From positions 19,342,656 to 19,406,655 of the forward strand of contig CM119263.1 in the NCBI GenBank assembly GCA_051294375.1: a stretch of DNA of 64,000 nucleotides, in the 5' to 3' direction. A program made the position numbers and the translations under genes. The notes beneath the pieces were generated by a model. The model did no database searches and was not told the DNA's origin. It was given only the letters and a program-made list of their open reading frames with translations. Source of the DNA: Paraspadella gotoi (lineage: Eukaryota > Animalia > Chaetognatha). This document shows positions 11,913-26,432 of the stretch, piece by piece. The number at the start of each line of letters is the position of its first letter. The first letter of the stretch is position 1.

Positions 11913-13107
11913 ATGATTATCCCAGGATTGTCCCTTCCCGTTATGCTGAGGGAGACCAACATCCTCATCATCGCCTGCCGAGGTTTCGAGTTCGCGCCTC
12001 TCGTCTCCACGATTCTCGTCGTTTTCAGGTCAAGGATGTCGTCTGCTTATGGTCCAAATCAAGGTGGCTTATCACATTTCATGGTCTCATGGTTTCATGG
12101 TCTCATTTTTTTGTGGAATTGAGATGCAGTTTTTACCTGGATTATATGATTTAATATATAACAAAGTATAATAATAATTGTGAACATGATAATAAATATT
12201 ATCGAAAACAAAGTGAAAGTGCTAATGAAGTACTTGAGAATCTTTTCTTCAAACAACAGACTGAGCCAGTTGGCGAGAGATATCCACAAGTTTCCGGTTG
12301 ATAGATGGTCCATTCAAACGGTCATGAGGGTAAAACAATTTTTAACATTTTCATTGAGTACTTAATTCCAGAGAGCTCACGAATTGCTCACAATCCTGCA
12401 GGTGGGATTCGTTCTCATCTGCATTCCCATCTACTTTTTCATGATGTACCGACAAATGCATCTTCTCATCTCCCTGAGCGACATCTGCGTTCATACAACG
12501 CGCTATTACTTCTTGCCACTGTACTCTCTCGGCATCGCCTTCTTTCTGCACACTTATCCGTTGGAGAGATACGTTCCGGAAATGTTCGGTGAGATTCGCC
12601 CAGAAAACCTTAAAGAGTTTTTGAAAATATCTTAAGACCCCAATTGGAGGGTTTTCTTGACGACTATCTCGGGCTTTGCTCCCCACGCAGGCGTTCCTAC
12701 AACTCTCCCTTGCACTGCACCTCACAAGAGGGAGTTGATGCGGCTTATGGCAATCAAAGCAGAGGACAACGAAAACGCCGCCGAGGATGACGACGACGAC
12801 AACAACAACGCTGCCGCCGGAGATTTCAATAGAAACAACAACAGAACGTACACAATCAACGGCATGTACAGAATTCGATCGAGAAACATTCCGACGAAAA
12901 GGTAAAGCTAATATCTTAGCAATCGGCTCTTGAGAATAAAGTAAAGTAAAGTAAAGTAAAGTAAAGTAAAGTAAAGTAAATAAAGTAAAGCCATTTCTTA
13001 GCAATCGGCTCTTGAGAAATGATAGTTAAAAAAAAATATTTTTTTGTTCAAATAGGTCGAATAGGAAATACATCGTTAATGGGGCCAGTATCGAGGAATA
13101 CAGTTGA
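11913..13107 (+). CDS. Uncharacterised multi-pass membrane protein, paralogue 2
   Basis: Exons ~11913-12028, 12260-12328, 12402-12588, 12691-12901, 13056-13107. It shares IIACRGFEFAPLVSTILVVFR, LSQLARDIHKFP.DRWS.QT.MR, HTTRYYFLPLYSL and GVPTTLPCTAP.KRELMR with paralogue 1, with many third-position differences. Confidence 0.75.
12914..13018 (-). mobile_element. 5'-truncated non-LTR retro-insertion remnant: (CTTTA)n tail with 23-bp target-site duplication
   Basis: TCTTAGCAATCGGCTCTTGAGAA at 12914-12936 and 12996-13018 flanks (TAAAG)n-CCATT. Confidence 0.65.
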
Positions 13108-14398
13108 TCAACATCTAAAGAAAATGGTGTCTTCCAACAGTTGAAGAACAGAGAGGCTAAGGCAGTCAATTTTCTGTCGCTTCGGATTGATCGAAAGCGG
13201 GAAGAAGCTTATCAATTAAATAATATAATCTGAAAAAGGAAACAGCCTTGAAGAAATTCTTTTTTTGAAAATAGTAGACGCAGGACGATGAATTCTTTTT
13301 GTATTGGCCGGTTTTTTTTGTTTTTGTTTTTTTTTTTGTACGGAAATGGGTACCAAACTACGATATTGAGGAACAAAGGATTGGTCTGGCAAATCCTTAA
13401 TTTTTCTCCCTTATAGCTGTCATTAGTCATAGCATGATTGATTCGGGTATTTCAACAATGAAATTAGAACTCAAATAATTATTATTTCTTTTTTTCCCAC
13501 TGATGAAAATGAAAGTCTTTTTAATTTAACAAAAACGGTTGGCTATAACATAGAATTCACTGGGTAAATTTCTATGCTTTCAAAATACGTTAAGAGCAAC
13601 TTTTGAAGATTAAAATGCTCATATGATCTATCGCGTTTTTTAGTATACTACTGCTTAGGAAAAAAAATATCATGCTATATTTTAAAACTTTTTTACTTTT
13701 TTTCTACGCCTTTTCTTATTTTCTTTATCTCTTGAAGCCCAAGTTTAAAAAAATTAACTCACTTCAAAATTTTTTTGCAGCCAAAGTATGGAATTTTTGG
13801 CCAAAATTTTTTAGGTGTTGGCATCTCAGTTGATAAGGAATATTTGCCTAGAATTATCAGAANNNNNNNNNNNNNNNNNNNNNNNNNNNNNNNNNNNNNN
13901 NNNNNNNNNNNNNNNNNNNNNNNNNNNNNNNNNNNNNNNNNNNNNNNNNNNNNNNNNNNNNNNNNNNNNNNNNNNNNNNNNNNNNNNNNNNNNNNNNNNN
14001 NNNNNNNNNNNNNNNNNNNNNNNNNNNNNNNNNNNNNNNNNNNNNNNNNNNNNNNNNNNNNNNNNNNNNNNNNNNNNNNNNNNNNNNNNNAAACTAAAAA
14101 TATGAGTTTTTGACTAGTCAATTTAAGATATAAAAAAAAATTTTCAAACCATCTTTGAATTCAAATCTCAAGACAAAACTCAAAATGGTCAAAAATGAAC
14201 ATAATTTTTTTATGAAAAGTCGAAAAAATTATAATGATTCTGGATTATAAAATGCGGGAGATGATTTCAATCAATCAGTGATCCAGCCCAGTTTGTGTTT
14301 GGGTTCAAATTCAATCAATTTTGTAAGTAATAATCAAGCAGTATTGGAAAAAAATGCTTTTTTTTTCTGAATTCGTCGATCAAAAATTCAAAATCACT

Positions 14399-14562
14399 GC
14401 CTCTGACAGCTTAGTAGTCGTTCCCCAACTGAGTTCCGGGTTCAATCCCTTGTCGGTCACGCTGGTTAAGTGATGATGATGGTGATGCTAAGCACGCAAG
14501 TGACATAGGGTGGTCACTGGTCACTGCAGATCCACAGCCCAAAGCTGGACGTTAGAATACAA
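14399..14562 (+). mobile_element. Possible degenerate tRNA-derived SINE
   Basis: GC-richer island in AT-rich DNA with B-box-like GGGTTCAATCCC (~14438-14449). No full cloverleaf can be built. Confidence 0.35.
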
Positions 14563-14984
14563 GATTAGTTCGATTTTCATGCCAAATCTAATATTATGCA
14601 AGAAAACAAATTGCGTGTCTGGTATTTCCAACAGGTCCTCTTGTTATGTTTTATATTTTTGTAGATGAAATTCGTGAGGTTTCTATTTTTTTAATTTAAA
14701 CCTATTGCTATTAATAAACTTAAAAAATAAAAACAAATCCGAATTAGATTTTCGCATTTATATTGTAACGGTGTAATTTTTTTGTTTATTTCTTCTATAC
14801 ACTGTATACATTTTTTTTGGAATACAATATCTTGGATATCGAAGATTAAATTAACTAACATACCCGTGTTAAATAGTAACATTTAAATATTTTAAAAATT
14901 TGAATCTATAGATTTGCCTTTGCAATTGTCAACTTGAAAGTTATTGATTTATGAGGTTTGCATCGTTTCAATTCGCCTTTGCGC

Positions 14985-17799
<2,815 letters not shown>

Positions 17800-17872
17800 T
17801 TATTTCAAAAACGAATAAAAATTCTGGATAACTACTGCACTGTAGAAAAGCTTTCTTGTAAACTTGTTTGAC

Positions 17873-17895
17873 GTTTCCATGGAATTGTTTATTTA
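17873..17895. promoter_or_regulatory. X-box (RFX)-like and forkhead-like motifs upstream of alpha-tubulin
   Basis: GTTTCCATGGAATT directly overlapping TGTTTATTTA, about 85 bp upstream of the ATG. Confidence 0.35.
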
Positions 17896-19203
17896 CTAAA
17901 AACTTAATGCGATCGAGAGCGATTTACTTAAATTCATACCTACAACACTAACGTTTTCATCCCAAACAGATAAATAATATTATATTTAAATATTTAACAC
18001 AAAATATTTTAACAAATATATGAAATCTAAATAATAGTTATTTTAAATAGATAGTGAAACAAGTAATTTTGCAACTTTCACAAAACTAACTTGTGCCTTT
18101 GCCCGTCTTTCCTTCTTTTTTGCTCTTAGTCAAGGCTACTGCAGCTATCTCACTTTCCAGTCTGTAAATATTAATTAATTAAATATTAATTTAAAAATAA
18201 AAACATAATATAAAAGATTTAATATAATTTACGAAAGAAAAAAAAATAGGGTATCCACTATCCAGTGGCTTCGCCAATATATGGACTTAAACTTCACTGT
18301 TACTGCGGCATTAAAACAATATTTTTGCTCGAATCATTTTTTTAAACTGGCATCATTTTCTCAACTTGCTTTATTTTTTAAACTTGCATAAATAAAAAGG
18401 CAAACAATAGTTTCATCGAATCTAATTAGCGCACAATGATTTTTTTCGATCATTCAATCAATAAAACAAAACGAGAAGCATCTTAGGTCGCCTTTTTCGG
18501 CGCCAGTAATTGTATTTGTGTTCTTTTAATTGTTGACATAAAACAAAAAGTTAGTTTTTCCCCCTCCCCCCAGGCCAGCTTGTCAAAGAACTTGTTTCCT
18601 ACAAGCCTTCACAGAGATGGGACCAAAAAATCAAACTAAATAAAATTATTATTATAGCTAAATTATTAAAACTCCATACATTAAAGTAAAAATATTTCTT
18701 TCTTATAAATTTTAACAAAATAATATTTTTAAAAATTTAATAATTACAGAAAAAACGGTCATAAATTTAGCTATCATATACGAGTAAAAATTTAAATTAT
18801 TTTACTAACAAATCTTGATCAACATGGATAACTGAATTCAGAACCTCATCTCGGTACACAGATTTTCATATCAAAAACATCGAAAAACGGACGCAAAATA
18901 ATATAAACACGTTAAAATAACGCAACAGGAGATAACGGGTTTAAAGTTACCAAGATGAAATTTAGCGTCCAAATAATCAAACATCTACAGTAGTCTGAAA
19001 AACGAATGGACCAGGGGCATAAACGATAAGAGGGCATACGATAAATTTTAAAATTAGGAGGTTTTAAAATCTTTACCCGAATCTAAGAATTGTTTCTTAG
19101 TTAATTAAACAATGAGAGCGTAATACCTCTTGAGCGTTCCACCCCGACGCGAAATTTCTCTTACTCCAAAAAAACAACGAAAAACTAAGACGTGAAAAGA
19201 ACT

Positions 19204-21967
19204 TCACTCCATTTTGTTATTGTAAGCATCGAGTTGGGCATCCAATTCTTCGGCGGTCATGGTCGGTTTGTCGTTGCGGCCCACACGGCCTCGTGGAGCA
19301 CCGCCGCCTCTGCCCCCATTGCGCATTCTGTTTCCGTCGGCACCGCCGGTACGCAGACGGCCGCCGTCACCGCCGGCATTTCGGCGAGCCAAAGGCGGTT
19401 GGCGTAGCGGCGCTCCACCGTTCAACCGTTGACTGAGAAGTCGGGCAACGTCTTCGACCTGACGAGGGAAAAGATAATTAGTCACTTATCTTATAATTTT
19501 TCATTTAGATAAATAACTAATACCAGTTGACAAGTCCGACGCTTCTAGAGTCTCGATTCAAAGGAACCAATACGAAATAATTAGCGTACCTGTCCAGTGG
19601 CGAGTTGAATTTCCATCGGTTTGCCGTCAAGCGGCACTCCGTGGTACTGATTCATTGCTTTCTTGGCGTCACTGGCTACGTAGAAGACAACGTCCGCCGT
19701 TCCAAGAGACCGTCCCGACCTGAAAGAGCAAGACAAATGTTGATAAGTTATAAGCCATTATAGCATAGTGATGACAATGAAAAACAAAGAAGCTCATCTG
19801 ACAACAGCAACAACAAGGCGACAACGATTGTGTCAATCATGAATTCACCACTAGACCGTTAAGTGGGTCAATGTAAGTAATAATACTATCTAGGAAAAAC
19901 GTATATCACATAATTGAATTGATAGCTGAGAATAGATTTGGTCTTTGCATACCAGAAAAAAAAATTGTAACTTAATAGAAATAATTCATTATGAATAAAT
20001 TAAGTTTCAATTGTTTTCTTCTGGTATGCAAAGACCGAATCTATTCTCAGCTATCAATTGAATCTAATCCTGCCAGAATCATAACTTATTGATGCGATGA
20101 TAGTCATTCATTGAAGAATAACAATTTAGAAAAGGCGTTTGAATTGTTTACAACGATTTTATTTTCATTTAAGAAACGTACATGTTTCGGCTCTATTTGC
20201 CAGCCTTCATCAGCGTTAAAATTGGGAACTTTGCCCTCTCTCTCTATCTCTTTCTCTCTCTCTCTCTCTCCCTTCTTTTGCACACATTTTCTCTGTAAAA
20301 ATCAAATTCAATTTTAACGCTGATGAAGGCTCGCAAATAGAGCCGAAACATGTACGTTTCTTAAATGAAAATAAAATCGTTGCCTTTTCTTTTCACAACG
20401 AAAGAAAGTATTACACAATAATGTCTACTAATCAAAAAATAACAAATAAAAAAATATCAAATTTACATCTAATATATAATGACGTCCTTTTCTTTAAACA
20501 GCTTTCCCCGGTATGTATCCCTATCAGAATATACAATACTTTGTAGTCTTAACCCTCAACAATAACGAATCATAAATAACCTTAATCCCATAAATTATTC
20601 TCTGCACCCCTTTTTGTTCAGACTTTTCGATATTTTAAAATTTTCAATAAATGACTTTTTAACAAGAATGATGTCTAATATCTATTTTGATGCTAGTGCT
20701 GAGTACAATAAGTATTCCCCGATCTAATACTTAAGGAAGTAGTCTTTTCATACAATTGAAACATTCTTTGAAATATTATACCACTTCGTGGATAGGGAAG
20801 CCAGGTTCTCTGGGAGTAAATAAACGAGACTGAGAGAGTCTTGATTGAAAGCTTGCAGGGACCTGCTATGTTATTATCTTGTAAGAGCGATGGAGGCCTT
20901 AAACCACCAAAGCCTGTCCAAAGTAAGGGGCAAGATAGCTTATTTATTAAATGAATGGATAATTTTTGTATTGGTCGTACTAATTTCATCTAATTAAAAA
21001 ACTAGGGCAGAAAGTAACTTAACTTTGTGTTGTATAGATGCTCCCTCTATTTCTAGAAGACAACACAAACATCCCTCTCCCCATTACATTAAAAAAGAAT
21101 ATACATTATATAAAGAATATAATTAAGTCTAATATATAGTGAAATTTATAAAATTTTTACATTTATTTAAAAATTTTAATATAAAATTTTAAAATCTAAT
21201 ATTGTAAATCACGTAATCTTGCATTTTTTCATAATAATTTCGCCTAGTTATTCGCCTCAAGGGTATGCTAACCCGTCCTTTAAAACCACGAAAAGACCGT
21301 ACCTGTCGTAGTGAACGGAGGCTGATTTGAGCTTCCCGAACTCGGAAAACAACTCCTGAATGTCGGTGTCGGAAACTCCGTAGTCGAGGTTTGATACGAG
21401 CAGCTTTCCAGCTAAAGATCGTTGAGCGTTGAGAGTGAGAGAGGGAAAGGGAGGCATGCGGAAAGAAGAAAGAGAAGCGGTCCGAGGAAGTCCGCGACAT
21501 TGACCATACACGAAAACCTTTAGTCGAGTCACTAAACCATACTTGAGGCTAAACCGTCGGAAGCGAGCCCAATCCTGCTCCGCTTGGCGGGGGAAGGTCC
21601 GTCCTCGAACATGTCGTGCTCCCATTTTTCGTCAGGATTACCGGAAGACGGGCGAAAGGGAGCTGGACGTCGGAGAGCACCGCCTCCTAAAAAAATTATT
21701 AGGTGGTTGTTTATTTTAAGTAGAAATCACTATCTAATCTATATTTTATAATCAATCTTTAAGTTTTAAACGAGAATACTTACCCCTCCGCCTCATCGGG
21801 CCGCCGCCACCGCCCCTGCCGATTCGACTACCACCCCGAGCACCACCACCGACCGCGCCGCCTCCACCTCCGCCGCCACCGCCTCTTCGTCCTCCACGAC
21901 CACCTCTTCTACCGATGCCCTGCTTGGCGATGAAATCGTCAAGGCTCATATCGATGCTATCGCCCAT
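19204..21967 (-). CDS. ALYREF: ALYREF/THOC4 mRNA export adaptor
   Basis: Five exons (21967-21785, 21686-21543, 21411-21303, 19719-19590, 19457-19204, approximate). [20 protein letters not shown] tract, WEHDMF (WxHD), [23 protein letters not shown]...[32 protein letters not shown]. Confidence 0.95.
19917..20060. repeat. Fold-back inverted repeat (MITE-like)
   Basis: AATTGATAGCTGAGAATAGATTTGGTCTTTGCATACCAGAA (from 19917) pairs with TTCTGGTATGCAAAGACCGAATCTATTCTCAGCTATCAATT (to ~20059). Confidence 0.8.
20175..20217 (-). ncRNA. Minimal type I hammerhead ribozyme (intact core)
   Basis: Reverse complement: AACG-CTGATGA-A-GGCT(ggcaaatag)AGCC-GAAA-CATG-TA|CGTT. Confidence 0.75.
20316..20358 (+). 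ncRNA. Minimal type I hammerhead ribozyme (intact core)
   Basis: AACG-CTGATGA-A-GGCTC(gcaaata)GAGCC-GAAA-CATG-TA|CGTT. Stem I is AACG/CGTT, stem III is the palindrome ACATGT, and the predicted cleavage is after 20354. Confidence 0.8.
20757..20932. repeat. Dispersed repeat, second copy at ~30358-30570
   Basis: Shared blocks CATTCTTTGAAATAT, ATAGGGAAGCCAGG, ATAAACGAGACTG, GCTTGCAGGGACCTGCT, TATCTTGTAAGAGCG. Confidence 0.7.
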
Positions 21968-22955
21968 TGTTTTTTTCTTTTATTCAAGTTAAATACAGTA
22001 AATTTGAAAATTTATAATAGCAGAAACCGAAGATAAGCCTTTTTAATTGTTTAAGATACTTTTTTTTATTCTGTAGATGGTGGGAGCAAACGTACATATG
22101 AGTTTAAAAAGAATATGGAGTACAGGAGTAGGAATTGGAATAATTAAGTTTTGAAATAGCGTGTACCATGAAACAATATGATGGGAAACGGGGAAGAGTT
22201 ATCAGTATATTCTAACTGCGACTCGTAAAACTACGTAAATTACATACTATATAATATATATGCATCATTATATCCACAAAAATCGACAGGCAATTCATCA
22301 ACTAATCAATGTATCACAAGAAACGACGTAAACGAATTCGAAACACCGAGAAAAATGCGTCGATGTTAAGAAATGGTTTAGGTCTAGAGGTAATCAGGAT
22401 ACTGCAAATATCGTAAATACCGCAAATATCGCAAAATCGCAAAAAAATTGTGGATAGGTTAAAACGAAGGTACCGGTTATCACTATCAAAATATCACTAA
22501 CGTCGTAAAAGCGGCGTGCTGAAATAAGCTTTTCATGAAATAAAATTCGGCTTATCACTTTTACTTTGTACTTGAGGTCTGAGTATAGTAATATAAAAAA
22601 TGGCTTAATAATGAGCATTGAGCAACTACTCCCGAAAACAATTTTTTCACAAAAATTGTAAATGTTCCTGAATTTTTAACTTAAAAAAGCCATGTTAGCG
22701 TGATAAATGTTCGAAATGTTTTTTTTATTTACGTGCAACTACGTCTGACTGCTGTATAGTGTATACCTTACGATAATGTTTGGATAAAAGCACCGTAAAA
22801 TAAAAGAATAAAAACATGAAGGGAATTATAGACAGAAAATAAATCACAAACTTTGTCAGCATCACAGCAAATTAACTGCACAAAATAAGAACTGTCGACC
22901 GACAGCAACAAGGAAGACACATGTCAATGCTAAATCAAGTGTCCGGGTAAATTGA

Positions 22956-25226
22956 CTACCCGACTGAATTAAGTTTAGTTTTCGGGAAGTAAGAGGAAGG
23001 GGCTCCGGTCTGCTTGCTTTTTTCCGCTCTGAGTTCAGCGGAACCTACAAGTCCCAGAGAGTTAGGCGCCCGAGCGACAGAGACAACGTTGCGCTGGTTA
23101 ATCTGGGGTCTGTTGGCGCCCCCAGAGTTAGTACCAGATCTAGCTTTAGCGTTATTGTTGGGTTTGGCATCGACTTTAGAAGCCTGAAGATATTTGAAGT
23201 CAATTCCGCCCGCGACGTTGTTATTGATGACATCGCCATTTGTTTCCGCATCTACATTCTTGATTGATTCCACTTTTCCTGCGTTAGAAGGGGCGCTTCC
23301 TCCGACGCCAACGCTTTGAATCGGCAAAGGAGATTGCCCCGGCATAATTGAACCACCGCCAGGAAAGTAGGCGCTCTTCGAAAACGTAGCGGCGTATTGA
23401 TTATGCGGAGCTGCAAGGGAATATGCAGCGCGGACAACAGTGGAAGGGATCACCGGTGGTGGTGGATAAGAAGAATAAGCGCCGCCAGCGGGCTGCGTAA
23501 AACCAGATTGCGAGGGAGTACTATGAGCGCCAACGTTCAACGGTGAATCGAAAGTTGGCAATGGGTGCATCCCTGGCAGGATCGTATGCGTCGGGGCCAG
23601 GGGGTTAGTGATCTGGGACCGAGTCCCAATGGAGTGGAGTTGTTTTTCGGTGGCCTGCTTGTTTAACCAACCAATGAGGTTCTCGTTTTTTTCTATTTGT
23701 TTCTGCGCGTCCTCAAGTTGCTTGCCTTTTTCCTCTGCCTTTTTCTTCGCTAATTCCGATTCCTCGGCCCGTTCCCTCATCTTCTCTACCAAAGATTCGC
23801 CCTCTTTCTTTGCTGCTTCTAATGCCTGCGTCTTTTCCTTTAATGACTTTTCCTGTTCCTGGGCAATTTGATTACGCAGTCGCAGTTTGGAGTCGGTATT
23901 TTTAAGGTTTGTCTGCAGACGTTGGATGATCTCGTTGCCCTTCTTGACTTCTTCCGAGAGAGATTTGACATATTTCTCAAGCTTCTTTTCCCTGGTTGCG
24001 GCAGCCAATGCTTCCTCCTCCAACTTCAACACCTTCTCCCGCTCTTCGGCCAACATATCGCCTCCACGCTCCACCACTTTCTCCTTGTCGGTGATTTCCT
24101 CTTCTAGTCGCGCCATTTTGTGCAGCAGAGCCGCATTTTCTTTTTCTTTGATTCGCAGTTCGCTTTCGAGGGCAGCGGAAGACTTGCGACTGTTCTCCAG
24201 CTCAGCGCGGTCACGCGCCCTATCATCCTCTACCGTCGTTAGCTTCGCCTTCAACTCCCTCAGTGAAGCTTCGTTAGCGTAACGGCGATCAGTGAGTTCG
24301 CGATTGGCAGCCTCCAGGTTCGTGGTTCTCGCCTCTAATTGATTCTTAATCCGAAGGAACTCGGCGTCCGAAGTCTTGCGCTCTGTTTCGAGTTTGGCCT
24401 GAAATTCTTCCCGCAGCCGCTCCATCTTTTCTTTTTCTGCGAAAAGGTCTCGCTGGAGGGAAGCAGTTGCAGAATTTTTCTCATCCTGAGATTTAAATTT
24501 AAGTTCTTCGAGCTCGACCGATTTAGCCGAGAGCCGCTCCTCCGCCGACCGTAGTCTGTCTGACAGATCCCGCTCTCTTCGCTCAAAAGATGTCGTTTCC
24601 ACACTTAAAGTATCCCTTATATGGCGTAGCTTATTCGCCAAATGTTTCTTGACGTCGGTGTCGGTTCCAGCCACTAGCTTCAGAGACAAATGTTCCAGGT
24701 TCTTGAAGGGATTCGTCTCGATAATCTTGAGCATGGCATAGATGCCTCCAGCTAAAGCGGGGCCGGTAAGTGACGCCCGCTGAGGCGACAACAACTCAAG
24801 AACATATTTCGGCTGCGGTTTGTCTTCTTCGGAGGCGCAGAGTTGCAGCAAATCGATGAGCTTCTGTGGAAATGCACTGAAGTCAACCAGGAGGTCCTGC
24901 TGACTTTTCAACGTCTGGAAATCTTCTTCGCCTTTCCGACAAAATGAGCATTTTAGAAAAAAAAGTAAGCATGAATAATGTAAAGAATAATTTAAAGAAT
25001 AACTAACAAAAAATTCTTTATCTGACGAATGAAACTTACCTAAGGTCAAGGTGTGAAGAAAAAACAGGTCATCGTCGTCGGTAAGTTGAAGGTGAAGTTC
25101 CCTCCTAGATTGAGCGACATGAAATTCGACCGCGATGTTAACGGCGCCTTTCCGATCCTCCAGCGACGAGGGCGACTTGAAGCGGACGACAAATGTTTTG
25201 GAGAAAAGTCGGTCAACAGACGCCAT
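22956..25226 (-). CDS. SAS-6: Spindle assembly abnormal protein 6 (centriole cartwheel)
   Basis: Head domain LQLTDDDDLFFLHTL, PISA motif FQTLKSQQDLLVDFSAFPQKLIDLL, IIETNPFKNLEHLSLKL, a long coiled coil and a low-complexity tail. There is one probable intron at 25039-24932. Confidence 0.93.
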   Translation of the reverse strand: MASVDRLFSKTFVVRFKSPSSLEDRKGAVNIAVEFHVAQSRRELHLQLTDDDDLFFLHTLTLGKFHSSDKEFFVSYSLNYSLHYSCLLFFLKCSFCRKGEEDFQTLKSQQDLLVDFSAFPQKLIDLLQLCASEEDKPQPKYVLELLSPQRASLTGPALAGGIYAMLKIIETNPFKNLEHLSLKLVAGTDTDVKKHLANKLRHIRDTLSVETTSFERRERDLSDRLRSAEERLSAKSVELEELKFKSQDEKNSATASLQRDLFAEKEKMERLREEFQAKLETERKTSDAEFLRIKNQLEARTTNLEAANRELTDRRYANEASLRELKAKLTTVEDDRARDRAELENSRKSSAALESELRIKEKENAALLHKMARLEEEITDKEKVVERGGDMLAEEREKVLKLEEEALAAATREKKLEKYVKSLSEEVKKGNEIIQRLQTNLKNTDSKLRLRNQIAQEQEKSLKEKTQALEAAKKEGESLVEKMRERAEESELAKKKAEEKGKQLEDAQKQIEKNENLIGWLNKQATEKQLHSIGTRSQITNPLAPTHTILPGMHPLPTFDSPLNVGAHSTPSQSGFTQPAGGAYSSYPPPPVIPSTVVRAAYSLAAPHNQYAATFSKSAYFPGGGSIMPGQSPLPIQSVGVGGSAPSNAGKVESIKNVDAETNGDVINNNVAGGIDFKYLQASKVDAKPNNNAKARSGTNSGGANRPQINQRNVVSVARAPNSLGLVGSAELRAEKSKQTGAPSSYFPKTKLNSVG

Positions 25227-25679
25227 TATCGTCAGGTCTCGATAAACGCCTTTACGTCTCGTCTACCGCATCATCCACGTATGAAAGCATTTTTACAAAT
25301 CTAATGAAAAACTGAAAAAATTAATCTCAAATAAATTCAACGATTGCAAATTAAGTATTGATTGATAAAAAAATAACTAGTCCGAGTAGAAACTGTCCCT
25401 CTCCGTTACGAAAATTCGCAACAATAAAAACAAATGAATAAAAACCAACAAATGTCGATTTAACAGCAAAGACCAAAACCTGGTCGACCACATTCTTACA
25501 AATCTAGTAGATTTAAATATTTAAAAAGAAATAAAAGGAATCGCAGTGATATTTTGTTTGTTGTACTCGAAAACCTTTTCTTTGGTAGGAGGAAGAGCAG
25601 GAAGAGCAGGAAGCGAAGGAAAAGCCAGGAAGAGGATGAACGGACAAGCCTTTCTTTCCCGCTTGCATGGAGACTCAAC

Positions 25680-25846
25680 GCGCATGCGCCGACTTATTCA
25701 AAATCACCCTTTTTATTGCGATTTTCTCGTACTTTCTCATATTTTTTTTGCGCATTTTGTCTAATTTCGCCCGGTGATTACTCTGTTAAAATTTCAGTTC
25801 GTGGTGTAAGAAGGTTGGTATAATCTATTAGTATTAAATGACGTCA
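25680..25846. promoter_or_regulatory. Bidirectional promoter region of SAS-6/UBAP2L with NRF-1 and CRE palindromes
   Basis: GCGCATGCGC at 25680-25689 and TGACGTCA at 25839-25846, lying between divergent genes. Confidence 0.5.
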
Positions 25847-26432
25847 TGTAAGAAAGACTGCTGCCACCGCCATCTTCTCTGTGATTCTTTTGTCAACGAA
25901 AACCAAGGTAAACTTCCCGGTTATTCTTTTGTGAAAATTCTTATTTTTTTGAAGTTTACGGGTGGATATTTCACTTTGTCAAGTTTTTTTATGCAGCAGA
26001 TAATCGTGTTTGATCGTAATAAAATGCTTCTGAGCGATATCTGTGTAATTTTCACCGCTTTCTTTTTTATAAATTGTTTACTTCGCACTCACATGGTCAG
26101 CTGATGTGAATTACGTCGAAAATTTTAATCATATTAGAATATCGGTATTATAATTGAAATAATTAGAGTTAAAAGAATATTTTTTGTAACTTGTAACTTT
26201 TGTATATTTCAAGTTATTTAGTCATTCATGCTGCGTCATTTTTTCTCGTTTAAATCTTCTCTGATCGAAACTTTGCCGACGATAATGAGTCATCAGTATT
26301 TGCTTAAACTAAAACAGTTAAAACTAAAAAAGATTAGATGTATCGACACATTTATATCTCATATTTTTTTCCTTCGCAGATTTTTGTACATAGTTGTTTT
26401 GTAAATATTGTAAAGTTGGACGACAACAGCAG

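Larger units (their letters stand above)
20129..20420. mobile_element. Inverted pair of Penelope-like terminal repeats, each containing a hammerhead
   Basis: Inverted repeat ~20129-20222 vs ~20311-20390 around a CT-rich spacer. The right arm has an extra tail, CACAACGAAAGAAAGTATTACAC. Confidence 0.7.

Noticed and set aside
13759-14121. ORFs across poly-X
   Set aside because: These are artefacts of the N-gap.
14399-14470. tRNA gene
   Set aside because: Only a T-arm/B-box-like motif is present and no cloverleaf can be built, so it is kept as a weak SINE candidate.
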